A stretch of 64,000 nt of DNA from Methyloceanibacter sp. (lineage in GTDB: Bacteria; Pseudomonadota; Alphaproteobacteria; Rhizobiales; Methyloligellaceae). The notes beneath the pieces were generated by a model that saw only the letters and a list, made by a program, of their open reading frames with translations, had not been told where the DNA came from and ran no database searches. The stretch is from the NCBI GenBank assembly GCA_052039105.1, contig JBQGDO010000100.1, forward strand, positions 10,701 to 74,700, read 5' to 3'. The position numbers and the translations under genes were made by a program. Below are positions 37,248-47,555 of the stretch, one piece after another (positions within the stretch are counted from its first letter, which is position 1; each line of letters opens with the position of its first letter).

Positions 37248-38225
37248 ATGAATTGGTTTTTGTGGGTTCTCGCACTCTTTGTCGTTATCGGGATCGGAAC
37301 TTGGCTCGTCTCTTTTGTCGCCGAGGCGCTGCGTCCGAAGCCGAAAACGCCCGCCAAGCTCCGTTGGGCACCCGACATTCCGATCCAGTCCGTGGAGATC
37401 GGGGGCAACAAAGTTCGCTACATCAAGACCGGCAAAGGTCCGGTACTCGTTCTTTTGCACACGCTCAGGACGCAGCTCGACCTGTTCGAGAAAGTCGTAC
37501 CTGAACTCTCAAAGCGCTTTACCGTTTATGCGCTCGACTATCCCGGCCATGGCTATTCTGATATCCCAGAAGCCCGGTACGACGCTGGCTTTTTCGCCGA
37601 TGCCGTTGAAGGTTTTCTCGACAAGCTCGACCTTCGCGACGTGACCTTGGCCGGCGTTTCGATCGGCGGATCGATCGCGCTGATCCTCGCCTCCCGGCGC
37701 AATCCGCGCGTCGCGCGCATCATCGCCATCAACCCTTATGACTATGCCAAGGGCCGCGGCATGGCGCGGAGCTCGATCTTCGGCCGCTTCATCACCTACG
37801 CATCGCTGCTCCCCCTCATTGGCGAGACGGTGATGCGGCTCAGAAATTCCTTCATCATGAGGCAGGTGCTCAACGGTGGCGTTGCCGATGCGAAGAGCAT
37901 CCCGCCCGCGCTTTTGCAGGAGATGTATCTCGTCGGCAATCGGCCCGGCCATTACCGCGCCTTCCTGAGCCTGCTGCGCAACTCGCCGAGCTGGGAGGAA
38001 GCGACCAAAAACTATGGCCGCATTCAGATACCCGTGCTGCTCGTCTGGGGCGACCGGGACTGGGCCAAGCTGTCCGAGCGCGAGCATGATCGCAAGCTGA
38101 TCCCCGGCGCCGAAATGACGACTATCTCCGGCGGCGGTCATTTCTTGCCGCTCGACCGCCCCCAAGACGTGGTCGGGGCGATCTCCCGCTTCGCCGGCGC
38201 GCCCGTTCCTGCGAGCGCTCGCTGA
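37248..38225 (+). CDS. Membrane-anchored alpha/beta hydrolase
   Basis: N-terminal TM, DYPGHGYS, GVSIGG, WGDRD, GHF. Confidence 0.9.
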   Translation: MNWFLWVLALFVVIGIGTWLVSFVAEALRPKPKTPAKLRWAPDIPIQSVEIGGNKVRYIKTGKGPVLVLLHTLRTQLDLFEKVVPELSKRFTVYALDYPGHGYSDIPEARYDAGFFADAVEGFLDKLDLRDVTLAGVSIGGSIALILASRRNPRVARIIAINPYDYAKGRGMARSSIFGRFITYASLLPLIGETVMRLRNSFIMRQVLNGGVADAKSIPPALLQEMYLVGNRPGHYRAFLSLLRNSPSWEEATKNYGRIQIPVLLVWGDRDWAKLSEREHDRKLIPGAEMTTISGGGHFLPLDRPQDVVGAISRFAGAPVPASAR

Positions 38226-38253
38226 TCGAGAGCCAACCGGCTGCACCCCGCGT

Positions 38254-39090
38254 TTACGGCAGCTCCGGTGAGGTTTCGGGCGGCGCGGGCGGGTGCGGGT
38301 TGGAGATCATATAAGCCGCGACGTCCCAGGCCTCCTGCACGCTGAGCACCGGCGCCAGATAGCTGACGCCGAACGGCATGTTGTCGCGGATATAGGACGC
38401 GGCGTAGGCGGTCTTGGCCATGCCCGCGCCCGCGTTGAAACTTGCCTCGCCCCAAAGCGGCGGGATGGCGTAGCCGATCCCGTCCTGAGCTCTCTCTCCT
38501 TGACCGTCCGGCTTATGGCAGCTGGCGCAAAGCCGCGCATAGACCGCCTCGCCCCGGCGGGCATCCGGCGGCAAATTGGGCTCGGCGATCGGCCGCAGGC
38601 CCATGCCGGGGAGTCGCACGCCTTCCGGCGTGCCTCTGCCGACGAACTGGAAATAGGCGACGAAGGCCTGCATCTCGCGGCTTTCATGCGGCAGGTCCTT
38701 GCCGTTGAGGCTCCGCCGCATGCAGCCGTTGATGCGCTCGGTCAACGTGATCACCTGGTCATCGACCATCATCGGGAAGGTGGCGAAGGTCGAGACGAAC
38801 GGCGCGGCGAATGGCTGTAGTCCGGCATTCAAATGGCAGTTCTGGCAGGCGAGATTGTTGCCGGCATAACGCATGGCGGGGTCGGTCGCGTCCTTGCCGA
38901 TATGGCGCGGCGTGTTGACGATCAGCTCCTTGCCATAGCGGATAAGGTCGTTCTCGGGCCCCTTGCCAAGCTTCGCGACATCGGGGACGGCTGCGTACCA
39001 GTTCGTCGGCGTTCCCCAAACGATGTAGCCGATGGCGATGCCCATTGCGACCGCGAGCACCAGCCCGATCTCGATCAACAATGCTCGCAT
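38254..39090 (-). CDS. Diheme cytochrome c, thiosulfate dehydrogenase TsdA-like
   Basis: CQNCH, RINGCMRRS (Cys ligand), CASCH, PPLWG, GAGM, NMP. Confidence 0.8.
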   Translation of the reverse strand: MRALLIEIGLVLAVAMGIAIGYIVWGTPTNWYAAVPDVAKLGKGPENDLIRYGKELIVNTPRHIGKDATDPAMRYAGNNLACQNCHLNAGLQPFAAPFVSTFATFPMMVDDQVITLTERINGCMRRSLNGKDLPHESREMQAFVAYFQFVGRGTPEGVRLPGMGLRPIAEPNLPPDARRGEAVYARLCASCHKPDGQGERAQDGIGYAIPPLWGEASFNAGAGMAKTAYAASYIRDNMPFGVSYLAPVLSVQEAWDVAAYMISNPHPPAPPETSPELP

Positions 39091-39191
39091 GAGTGATCCC
39101 CCCAACCTGATCACGTTCACTTTATGCTAGGCCAGGTGTGTCAGGCAGCAGAAATCCTTATATGAGGAATGGATTACTGGGATTTGCCAAC

Positions 39192-41513
39192 ATGAATGAA
39201 AGAAGCGAGGCCCATCTCGCCATTGATCCGGTCTGCGGCATGAAGGTCGATCCTAAGGCCGGCAAGCCGTCTTTGGCGCATGGCGGCCACATCTATCATT
39301 TCTGCTCCGAAGGCTGCCGCAGCAAGTTCGCCGTCGATCCGGGGCGTTATCTCGACAAGAGGGGCGAGCCCGAGCCGCTGCCAAAAGGCACGCTCTACAC
39401 CTGCCCGATGCATCCGGAGGTCGTGCAGGAGGGACCAGGGGCTTGCCCGAAATGCGGCATGGCGCTCGAGCCCATGGGCGTCCCCTCGGAGCACGACCAT
39501 GGCGGCCATCCCGAGCTGGTCGACTTCACCCGCAGGCTGTGGGTTGGTGGACCCCTGTCGCTCGCGCTCTTACTGATTGACAGCGGCGAGCACGTTCTTG
39601 GCCTCAACGTCCTTCCCTTCCTCAACCCCTGGGCCAAGCAATGGCTGCAATTGGCGATTGCCTCCGTTGCCGTGCTCTGGTGCGGCTGGCCCTTCTTCGT
39701 GCGGGGGTTCCAGTCGGTGCGTACCGGCTGGCTCAATATGTTCACCCTGATCGCGCTCGGCACGGGAGCGGCGTTTCTGTACAGCGTCGTCGCCACGGTT
39801 GACCCCAGTCTCTTCCCGGAGGCGATGCGTGACGCGCACGGCCTCGTCCCAGTTTATTACGAGGTCGCTGCCGTCATCGTGGCACTGGTGCTGCTCGGTC
39901 AGGTTCTCGAATTGCGCGCGCGTGAGAAGACCGGCGGCGCCATCCGCGCGTTGCTCGATCTCGCCCCTAAAACCGCGCTGCGCGTCCTGAAAGACGGCAA
40001 GATCGAGACTATCCCGCTCGCCGAAGTCAAGGTCGGCGACGTGTTGCGGGTGAGACCTGGCGACAAGGTGCCGATCGACGGCACCGTCATCGAAGGGCGC
40101 AGCGCGGTCGACGAGTCGATGCTGACCGGCGAACCGATTCCGGTGGAGAAGACGGACGGCGACCGCGTCACCGGCGGCACCCTGAACGGCAGGGGCAGCT
40201 TCGACATGCGCGTCGATCGCACCGGCGCCGAGACGACACTTGCGCAAGTGGTCGAGTTGGTAGCCTCGGCGCAGCGCAGCCGCGCGCCAATCCAGGGCCT
40301 TGCCGACACCGTTTCCGGCTATTTCGTCCCGGCGGTCGTCGCCGTCGCCATCGTCGCCTTCATCGTCTGGTATTTCGTGGGCCCTGCGCCGCAACTCGCG
40401 CATGCGCTGGTCGCCGCAGTGGCGGTGCTCATCATCGCCTGTCCTTGCGCGCTCGGGCTGGCCACGCCGATCTCAATCATGGTGGCGACGGGTCGCGGCG
40501 CGCAGGCGGGCGTGCTGGTGCGCAACGCCGCCGCATTGGAGCGGCTTGCCGCCGTCGACACCTTGATCGCCGACAAGACTGGAACTCTGACCGAGGGCAA
40601 GCCCGCCTTGACCGGCGTTGAGGCCGCGCCCAGCTTCGACTCCGATGAGGTGCTGCGTCTTGCCGCGTCACTCGAGGCCGGCAGCGAACATCCGCTTGCC
40701 GCGGCGATCTTGCGCGGCGCCGAGGCGAAGGGGCTCAAGCCCGCCAAGGTCGACGGCTTCGAGGCGGTAACCGGTCAGGGCGTGAAGGGTACGGTCGATG
40801 GCCGCGCCGTCGCGCTCGGCAACGCGCGGCTCATGCAAAGCTTCGGCATCGATTCTGCGCCGCTGGCCAAGGCCGCGGAGACGAGACGCAAGGCAGGCGA
40901 GACGGTGATGTTCCTCGCCGCGGACGGCAAGCTCTCGGGCCTGGTCGCCGTCGCCGATCCGATCAAGCCCTCCGCCGCCGAGGCCATCGCCAAGCTGCAC
41001 GCTCTGGGTCTCAAGGTGATCATGGCAACTGGCGACAACGAGACCACCGCCAAGGCTGTGGCCGCTCGCCTCGGCATCGACGAGATACGCGCCGGCCTCC
41101 GCCCCGAGGACAAGCTCAATCTGATCGCCGACCTGCAGCAGCAAGGCCGCGTCGTGGCCATGGCGGGCGACGGCATCAATGACGCGCCGGCGCTGGCCAA
41201 GGCCGACGTCGGCATCGCCATGGGCACCGGCGCCGACGTCGCCATGGAGAGCGCAGGGCTTACCTTGCTGAAAGGCGATCTTCGCGGCGTGGTGCGGGGC
41301 GTCAAGCTTGCCCGTGCCACCATGCGCAACATCAAGCAGAATCTGTTTTTCGCCTTCGTCTATAACGCGCTCGGCGTCCCGGTCGCCGCGGGCGTCCTCT
41401 ATCCTTTCTTTGGCATCCTGCTGTCGCCGATCATCGCTGCTGCCGCCATGAGCCTCTCTTCGGTCTCGGTGGTGGGCAACGCGCTTCGCCTCCGCAACGT
41501 CGACCTCGACTGA
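39192..41513 (+). CDS. copA: Cu(I)/Ag(I)-translocating P1B-type ATPase with YHS and heavy-metal-binding domains
   Basis: DPVCGM...[39 protein letters not shown]. Confidence 0.93.
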   Translation: MNERSEAHLAIDPVCGMKVDPKAGKPSLAHGGHIYHFCSEGCRSKFAVDPGRYLDKRGEPEPLPKGTLYTCPMHPEVVQEGPGACPKCGMALEPMGVPSEHDHGGHPELVDFTRRLWVGGPLSLALLLIDSGEHVLGLNVLPFLNPWAKQWLQLAIASVAVLWCGWPFFVRGFQSVRTGWLNMFTLIALGTGAAFLYSVVATVDPSLFPEAMRDAHGLVPVYYEVAAVIVALVLLGQVLELRAREKTGGAIRALLDLAPKTALRVLKDGKIETIPLAEVKVGDVLRVRPGDKVPIDGTVIEGRSAVDESMLTGEPIPVEKTDGDRVTGGTLNGRGSFDMRVDRTGAETTLAQVVELVASAQRSRAPIQGLADTVSGYFVPAVVAVAIVAFIVWYFVGPAPQLAHALVAAVAVLIIACPCALGLATPISIMVATGRGAQAGVLVRNAAALERLAAVDTLIADKTGTLTEGKPALTGVEAAPSFDSDEVLRLAASLEAGSEHPLAAAILRGAEAKGLKPAKVDGFEAVTGQGVKGTVDGRAVALGNARLMQSFGIDSAPLAKAAETRRKAGETVMFLAADGKLSGLVAVADPIKPSAAEAIAKLHALGLKVIMATGDNETTAKAVAARLGIDEIRAGLRPEDKLNLIADLQQQGRVVAMAGDGINDAPALAKADVGIAMGTGADVAMESAGLTLLKGDLRGVVRGVKLARATMRNIKQNLFFAFVYNALGVPVAAGVLYPFFGILLSPIIAAAAMSLSSVSVVGNALRLRNVDLD

Positions 41514-41523
41514 TCCGATTTAT

Positions 41524-41578
41524 TCAACCAAATGGTTGACAATTATCTCACGCCGCGTTATTAAACCATATGGTTGAA
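41524..41578. promoter_or_regulatory. Two ArsR-type palindromic operators (AACCAnATGGTT)
   Basis: TCAACCAAATGGTTGA 41524-41539 overlapping TTGACA, and TAAACCATATGGTTGA overlapping the ATG at 41570. Confidence 0.8.
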
Positions 41579-41923
41579 CAACACACCGCGAAATTGGACG
41601 CCGTTTTCCACGCCCTGTCGGACCCGACACGCCGGGCCATTCTCGCGCGCCTGGCGCAAGGCGAAAGCAGCATCGGCGCGCTTGCCTCCCCCTTCCACAT
41701 GACCTTCGCCGGCGCCTCCAAGCACATCAAGGCGCTGGAGAAAGCGGGCTTGGTGCGGCGACGGGTCGAGGGCCGTACGCATCTCTGCCGCCTCGAACCA
41801 AAACGCCTCGCGGAAGCTTATGACTGGCTGGGGCACTACCAACGCTTCTGGGCGACACGGCTCGACGATCTGGAGCGGGAATTGCGCAACGCAGACAAGA
41901 AAGCGAAGAGGAGCAAGCGATGA
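41570..41923 (+). CDS. ArsR/SmtB family regulator
   Basis: VFHALSDPTRRAIL, SKHIKALEKAGLV..RVEGR. Confidence 0.93.
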   Translation: MVEQHTAKLDAVFHALSDPTRRAILARLAQGESSIGALASPFHMTFAGASKHIKALEKAGLVRRRVEGRTHLCRLEPKRLAEAYDWLGHYQRFWATRLDDLERELRNADKKAKRSKR

Positions 41924-42453
41924 ACGAGTATGGCGTCATCACCCACCCCGACACCGTTCGGCTCGAGCGTCTCTTGCCGGGGCCGATCGAGCGCGTCTGG
42001 GATTATCTCACCGACTCGAAGAAGCGCGGCACCTGGTTGGCCACCGGCACGATGGATTTGCGCGTCGGCGGCAAGGTCGAGCTGAAGTTTCATCATGCTG
42101 ATCTCTCCGCCGAGAAGGAAATCCCCGAGCGCTTCAAGCAGAAATGTGCGGGTGATGTGAGGATGAATGGTACCGTCACCGCCTGCGAGCCGCCTCGCCT
42201 CTTGAGCTACACCTTCGGTGACTCCGGCGAAGTCACCTTCGAGCTAACTCCCAAAGGCAAGGACATCCTGCTCGTGCTGACGCATCGCCGCCTCGCCGAT
42301 CGCAAGACGATGGTCGGCGTGTCGACCGGCTGGCATAGCCACCTCGCCATCCTGACCGACGTGCTCAACGGTGGCGAACCTCGTCCCTTCTGGACCACCG
42401 TCAACAAGATGGAGGCTGAATACGAGAAGCGGATTCCGCCGTCGCTTGGCTAG
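41920..42453 (+). CDS. SRPBCC/AHSA1 domain protein
   Basis: ERLLPGPIERVW.YLTD, DLRVGG, EPPRLL, GW. Confidence 0.9.
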   Translation: MNEYGVITHPDTVRLERLLPGPIERVWDYLTDSKKRGTWLATGTMDLRVGGKVELKFHHADLSAEKEIPERFKQKCAGDVRMNGTVTACEPPRLLSYTFGDSGEVTFELTPKGKDILLVLTHRRLADRKTMVGVSTGWHSHLAILTDVLNGGEPRPFWTTVNKMEAEYEKRIPPSLG

Positions 42454-45116
42454 GACATGATGCCGACACCGCCGCCGGCCGGTGGCCGCTCGGACGGCGC
42501 ACGCCCGCGCGGCAGCCTCGGGCGGTAGGTGGAGAGCGCGGTCAGTCTCCGCCACGTGGCGAGCTCGTTGAGTGGCGAGCGCTCGATCAGCGCCAGTCCC
42601 ACGGCGGCGAGGAACGGCAGACTCTGCACCAGAAGCACCGCACTGAAGATCGAGATCTCACGCACCTGGTTCACATTGGTGAGATAAAGCGTCAGCGCGC
42701 CGAGCAGAAGCAGACCGCCAAGCATGCCCTCCCAGAACGCCGGGAAGGCCTGGGCCGGTCCCGAACTCCCGCCCTTCGCCGTGCGCATGAAGGGCAGTCC
42801 GTCGCGGATCACGCCTTCGGCGACGGCACGGCTCACGGTGAATTGCAGAGCCATAGCCGACATGGCGGCGCCGATCGAGGCGAGCAGTGGCGCCTGCACG
42901 CGCACCCGATAAAGCAGCATGAAATGCAGCAAAGTGACGGCGAATGTAGCCAGCACGGGCACCGTCAGTACCGCCTCCGGCACGGCAATACCGAAAAACG
43001 CCACGAGCGGCATCCAGATCAGATTGAGGATGGCGATCAGGACACCGAGCGCCTCGGCGCCGAGCCAGGTCAGCCAGCCGAACATATATTCGCCGCGCTG
43101 CTCGGACGTAAGCCGGCTTCCGCCCGGCAGGAAGGCGCGCCAATGCTTCTTGATCAACTGCACGCCGCCATAGGCCCAGCGATGCCGCTGCCGCTTATAG
43201 GCCGCGAAGTCGGAGGGCAGCAGTCCCCAGCCGTAGCGGGTCTGCGTATAATGCGCCCGCCACCCTTGCGCGAGCAGGGAAAGCCCAAGATCGCTGTCCT
43301 CGACGATCGTGTCGCTCGACCAGCCGCCAGCGTCGATCAGCGCCTCGCGACGGATCAGGCACATCGTGCCGTGCACGATGATGGCGTTGGCCTCGTTCCG
43401 CTCCACCATGCCGATGTCGAAGAAGCCGGCATATTCGCCGTTCATGGCGACCTGGGTGACGCGGCGGGAGGCATCGCGATGGTCCTGCGGCGCCTGCACT
43501 AGGCCCACCGCCGGGTCGGCAAAGGCAGGCACGAGGTCCTTCAACCAATCGGGATGCACCGCATAGTCGGCGTCCAGCACGCCAATGATCTCCGCCTCGG
43601 GCGCGGTATGTTCGAGCGCAAGCCTGAGCGCACCCGCCTTGAAGCCCGCAAGCGTGTCGGCGCGCACGAATTTGAAGCGGGCACCGAGCAGCCGGCAATG
43701 ATCCTCGATCGGTTGCCAGAATGCGGGATCGGGCGTGTTGTTGATGACCACGACGCATTCGAGATTGGGCCAATCGAGCTGCGCCACGCTGTCCAGCGTC
43801 TGCCGCAACATCTCGGGCGGTTCGCGATAGGCGGGAATATGGATCGAGACCAGCGGCGTGCGTTCCGGCAGCGCGCCCCCTTGCGGCAGCAATCGGCGCG
43901 ACTTCCGGCCGAAGACGATAGCGGCAAGCTCCTCGATGCGCCGTGTCATGATAATGATGAGGGGAATAAGCAGCCCGGCGCCGACCAGCATGGCGATCTG
44001 CGAGCCCAGCACGAAATAGTGCGTCGCCCAGTAGTCGACGACATTGGCCGACCAGGCGCCGATCACCTGCGCCGTGAGCGCAAGCACCCCGGCCTGCGCC
44101 GCAGTCACGCGTGGAATGGCGAAGATCGGGATTGAGAGCAAGAGCCCGATGACCAGAGCTGCCATCAGGGTCGGCAGGAAATTGGGCGTCTCCACCGTGC
44201 CGGTGAAGGCGAATTTCGGTTCTCGGTCGGCGTTGAAGATACCCCAATAGGGGCCCACGCTTCCTTCGGCCGTCTTCCAAGGCTGGTCGAACGCCTCGAC
44301 GATCGAATAGTCGATGCCCATCGCGTCCGCGCGGGCCACGAAATCGCGCACCACCTCGGCTTGTGCCGTGGGCGCAGGCACCGCGGCATGGCGGTTGAGG
44401 CCGGCGCTCGGCCAGCCAAACTCGGCGATGACGATGCGCTTGCCGGGATAGGCCTGCCGCAGTTGCTCGTAGACCTTGATCGCGTGATCGACGGCCGCGC
44501 TAGCCGGCATCCCCTCCCAGTAGGGCAGGATATGCACGGCAAGGAAGTCCACGGCGGAGACCAGCTCGGGGTGGTCGAGCCAAACGTCCCAGACCTCTGC
44601 TGTCGAGACCGGCTTGCGCGCGCTGCGCTTCACATATTGAATCTTGTCGATGAGCGCTCGGATGTCGTCGCTGAGGTCGGTCTTCGTGAGTCTGTTGCGG
44701 TAGATCGTTTCATTGCCGACGATGACGCCGTCGACGTTCCGATGGCTGTTGGCGAGCGCAATGACGCGCTCGATTTCCTTCTTGTCGTGCGCTTCACGTC
44801 CGTCGATCCAGGCGCCCAATGTCACGCGCAAGCCGTATTCGGCGGCAAGCCCGGGGACGAGCTCGAGCCCGCTGTTCACGCTATAGGTTCTGACCGTGCG
44901 GGTGTAAGGCGCGATAGCTTCGAGATCCGAGCGGATTTGCGCCTCGGTGGTGGCGTGTTCTTCCGCGTCCTGCTTCGGATCGATAGGTGAGAAAGACACC
45001 GATGCGAGCGCGCCATTGGTATTGGGAGGCGACACCCGCTCGTGCAACACGAACCACACTGAAGCATGCATCGTGGTCGCAAGGACGACCACAACGGCGA
45101 CGAGGACGTTGCGCAT
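42450..45116 (-). CDS. GH17 + GT2 glucosyltransferase, cyclic beta-1,3-glucan synthase (Bradyrhizobium/Pseudomonas NdvB-like)
   Basis: GH17: VGNE, HILPYWE, AEFGWPS, EAFDQPWK; GT2: FKAGAL, DAD, VQAPQ, EDSD, QRHRW. Confidence 0.9.
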   Translation of the reverse strand: MRNVLVAVVVVLATTMHASVWFVLHERVSPPNTNGALASVSFSPIDPKQDAEEHATTEAQIRSDLEAIAPYTRTVRTYSVNSGLELVPGLAAEYGLRVTLGAWIDGREAHDKKEIERVIALANSHRNVDGVIVGNETIYRNRLTKTDLSDDIRALIDKIQYVKRSARKPVSTAEVWDVWLDHPELVSAVDFLAVHILPYWEGMPASAAVDHAIKVYEQLRQAYPGKRIVIAEFGWPSAGLNRHAAVPAPTAQAEVVRDFVARADAMGIDYSIVEAFDQPWKTAEGSVGPYWGIFNADREPKFAFTGTVETPNFLPTLMAALVIGLLLSIPIFAIPRVTAAQAGVLALTAQVIGAWSANVVDYWATHYFVLGSQIAMLVGAGLLIPLIIIMTRRIEELAAIVFGRKSRRLLPQGGALPERTPLVSIHIPAYREPPEMLRQTLDSVAQLDWPNLECVVVINNTPDPAFWQPIEDHCRLLGARFKFVRADTLAGFKAGALRLALEHTAPEAEIIGVLDADYAVHPDWLKDLVPAFADPAVGLVQAPQDHRDASRRVTQVAMNGEYAGFFDIGMVERNEANAIIVHGTMCLIRREALIDAGGWSSDTIVEDSDLGLSLLAQGWRAHYTQTRYGWGLLPSDFAAYKRQRHRWAYGGVQLIKKHWRAFLPGGSRLTSEQRGEYMFGWLTWLGAEALGVLIAILNLIWMPLVAFFGIAVPEAVLTVPVLATFAVTLLHFMLLYRVRVQAPLLASIGAAMSAMALQFTVSRAVAEGVIRDGLPFMRTAKGGSSGPAQAFPAFWEGMLGGLLLLGALTLYLTNVNQVREISIFSAVLLVQSLPFLAAVGLALIERSPLNELATWRRLTALSTYRPRLPRGRAPSERPPAGGGVGIMS

Positions 45117-45230
45117 TTACCTGGGATTCTCGACTAGAGTTGACCTGCCCTGTCCCCCTCGGCCGCCAAGCCGCGGACAAATTCCGCAGTCCCTCCCCTA
45201 ACTTTTCTTATTGGGAATTGTTCCGGCTGA

Positions 45231-45776
45231 TCAGTTTGGGATTGTCTTTTGCTTTGCGCCTGAGCCTTCTGTCGCTTGGCTCGCGGCTGTCGTCTCCCCC
45301 TGTGGTGCGATCCAGCAGCTATGGACGCGCGAAGCGAGCCGGTCAGCCGCCTTCGGATCGAGTGGTCCCTGTTCAATCACGCAGCGAAACACCAGCTTCA
45401 GATGTTGCGATGAGCAGTTGAAGCGATCGTAGAGATCGATGTAGCGGCGGGCGGTGTCGATGTCGTCGCGCCACAACAGGCTGGCGATGCGCCGCCCGGT
45501 CCAGACGCATTCGGGCGCGCCCGCAGATTGCGAGAGCTTCGCCGCGGCTTCCTTGAACTCGGCGATGGCCCGCGCCGCAGCTTCTTGCTCGGCCTTTTCC
45601 TGTTCGGCCGCCTTTTGATTGCCTTCGGCCCCTTGTTCGGGCTTCTGCTCTCCCTGTTGCGCCTGCTCCGGAGGCTTCTCCTCATTCCCCGGCTGCTGAG
45701 CTAGGGCGACGGCAGGCAAAACGAGAATAGCGCCCGCCAGGAGAGCGGCGGCCGGAACGAGAGTGCAGCGCAACAT
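45231..45776 (-). CDS. Periplasmic glucan biosynthesis accessory protein (NdvD-like)
   Basis: Signal peptide; ECVWTGRR..SLLWRDD.DTA..Y..LYDRF.C; located between the two glucan genes. Confidence 0.7.
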   Translation of the reverse strand: MLRCTLVPAAALLAGAILVLPAVALAQQPGNEEKPPEQAQQGEQKPEQGAEGNQKAAEQEKAEQEAAARAIAEFKEAAAKLSQSAGAPECVWTGRRIASLLWRDDIDTARRYIDLYDRFNCSSQHLKLVFRCVIEQGPLDPKAADRLASRVHSCWIAPQGETTAASQATEGSGAKQKTIPN

Positions 45777-45947
45777 GGGAAAGGGCCCGACGGTCCTAGT
45801 CATTTTCAACCGTTAGACCATGAGATTTTGTCAGCCCAACGGCAGACCGACTCAATATCATTTCGCATGCGCACAATCCAGGGGGATCGGTTCAACGAGG
45901 CGCCACAAGCTGCTATTCGTCGCATCCCCCCCACTCGAAGTCTCACC

Positions 45948-47555
45948 ATGCTCCGCTCCCTTGCCATTTTCGGGCTGATTGCCAGCGTCATCGCCGCTGC
46001 CTGGTATGGGCTGGGCAGACCGGTCGCCCTGCCGCCCTCCCCGCTTGGGTCCGGGGAGAGAATAACGTGCATGTCCTATGCGCCGTTCCACGGGGATCAG
46101 GCCCCGTACACGCCAAATCTGAGGATTTCCGACCGCCAAATCGAGGCCGACCTGGAACGGCTCGCCAAGGTGACGTCCTGCATCCGGACCTACTCCGCCA
46201 GGGGCTCGCAGAGCCGGATCGTCAGGCTCGCCGGCAAACATGGCCTGCAAGTTCTGCAAGGGGTTTGGCTCAACCGCAACCGGGCGGAGAACCGGCGCGA
46301 GATCGAGGCGGCCATGCGCTTGGCGCGGCACCACCCCGGCACGATCAAGGCGCTGATCGTCGGCAACGAGACATTACTCAGGGGCGAGCTCGCGCCCGAG
46401 ACAATCAAGGCCAATCTCGAGGAGGTCCGGCGCCGTTCGGCTCATCCCGTGACCTATGCCGACGTGTGGGAGTTTTGGCTCAAAGCGCCCGAGCTCGCCT
46501 CCACCGTCGACTTCGTCACCATCCACATTCTCCCTTATTGGGAGGACGATCCCGTGCGCGAGGCTGACGCTGTCGCGCATGTGCGGGAGGTGCGGGAGAA
46601 GATGGCGGCGGCCTTCCCCGGCAAGGACATCGTGATCGGAGAAGTGGGGTGGCCGAGCCACGGCCGGATGCGGGAAGGCGCACTGCCCTCTCCCGTCAAT
46701 CAAGCACGCTTCGTGAGCGGCATGGTGCGGTTGGCTGAGGCCGAGAACTGGCAGGTGAATATCGTCGAGGCTTTCGACCAGCCGTGGAAGCGCGTGCTCG
46801 AGGGAACCGCGGGTGGCAATTGGGGAATCTATGACGACGCGAGCCGCGAGCCGAAATTTCGCCTTGGCGATCCCGTGTCGAACCATCCCGATTGGCGCTT
46901 GAAGGCTGGCCTCGGCATCGCTGCGGCGTTTCTCGTCTGGCTCGCCTATTGGCTAGGTCGACACGACAGCGCGGCGCGGGAGATGTCTTGGCGAAGCGAT
47001 GCGGGCTTCGCCGCCATGGCGCTCGCGTCGGGTCTCGTGTTTGGGCTCGCTGCGGCCAACCTGCCGATCGAGGGCGAAATTCCCGCCGACCGGCTGCGCG
47101 CCGCGTTCCTGCTGGTTCTCAGCCTGGTCGTGCCCATGGCCGCCGCCTACGCGCTTGCGCGCGGCGACCGTCTCACCGGTTTCGCCAAAGCGCTCGATCC
47201 GGCGCATTGGCGCGCAGGCGACCTGGTCGCCGTGACCTTGTCGCTCTTGCTCGCCATGACGGTCGTTGCCGCCATCCATGTGGCGCTCGGGCTCGTCGTC
47301 GATCCGCGCTACAAGGATTTCCCGCTTGCCGCGCTGACCGGTCCGGTCATCGCCCTCGCCGTGCTCGCCTTCGCAGGCGACCCACTACACTCTCCTCACG
47401 GAGCCGCAGAAAGGATGGCCGCGGCGGTCCTCGCCGGCTCCGCGCTGTTCATCGCCCTCAATGAAGGACTCGCCAATTGGCAGGCGATGCTATTTGCCGC
47501 CTTGCTCTTGGTCCTGGCGCTCACCTGCCTGCGGGCCAAGGCCGCGCCAGGCTGA
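45948..47555 (+). CDS. GH17 membrane protein, beta-1,6 glucan linkage enzyme (NdvC-like)
   Basis: CMSYAPF, VGNE, HILPYWED, GEVGWPS, EAFDQPWK, C-terminal TMs with DPRYKDFP. Confidence 0.85.
   Translation: MLRSLAIFGLIASVIAAAWYGLGRPVALPPSPLGSGERITCMSYAPFHGDQAPYTPNLRISDRQIEADLERLAKVTSCIRTYSARGSQSRIVRLAGKHGLQVLQGVWLNRNRAENRREIEAAMRLARHHPGTIKALIVGNETLLRGELAPETIKANLEEVRRRSAHPVTYADVWEFWLKAPELASTVDFVTIHILPYWEDDPVREADAVAHVREVREKMAAAFPGKDIVIGEVGWPSHGRMREGALPSPVNQARFVSGMVRLAEAENWQVNIVEAFDQPWKRVLEGTAGGNWGIYDDASREPKFRLGDPVSNHPDWRLKAGLGIAAAFLVWLAYWLGRHDSAAREMSWRSDAGFAAMALASGLVFGLAAANLPIEGEIPADRLRAAFLLVLSLVVPMAAAYALARGDRLTGFAKALDPAHWRAGDLVAVTLSLLLAMTVVAAIHVALGLVVDPRYKDFPLAALTGPVIALAVLAFAGDPLHSPHGAAERMAAAVLAGSALFIALNEGLANWQAMLFAALLLVLALTCLRAKAAPG

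Noticed and set aside
33004-42453. dusA-associated genomic island (accessory genes lie 5' of dusA)
   Set aside because: No integrase and no duplicated dusA 5' fragment seen; composition looks host-like. An old remnant cannot be excluded.
39192-42453. ArsR operators as copper regulation of the ATPase
   Set aside because: The operators lie downstream of the ATPase and overlap the arsR promoter and start; this is an ordinary autoregulated ArsR-SRPBCC pair.
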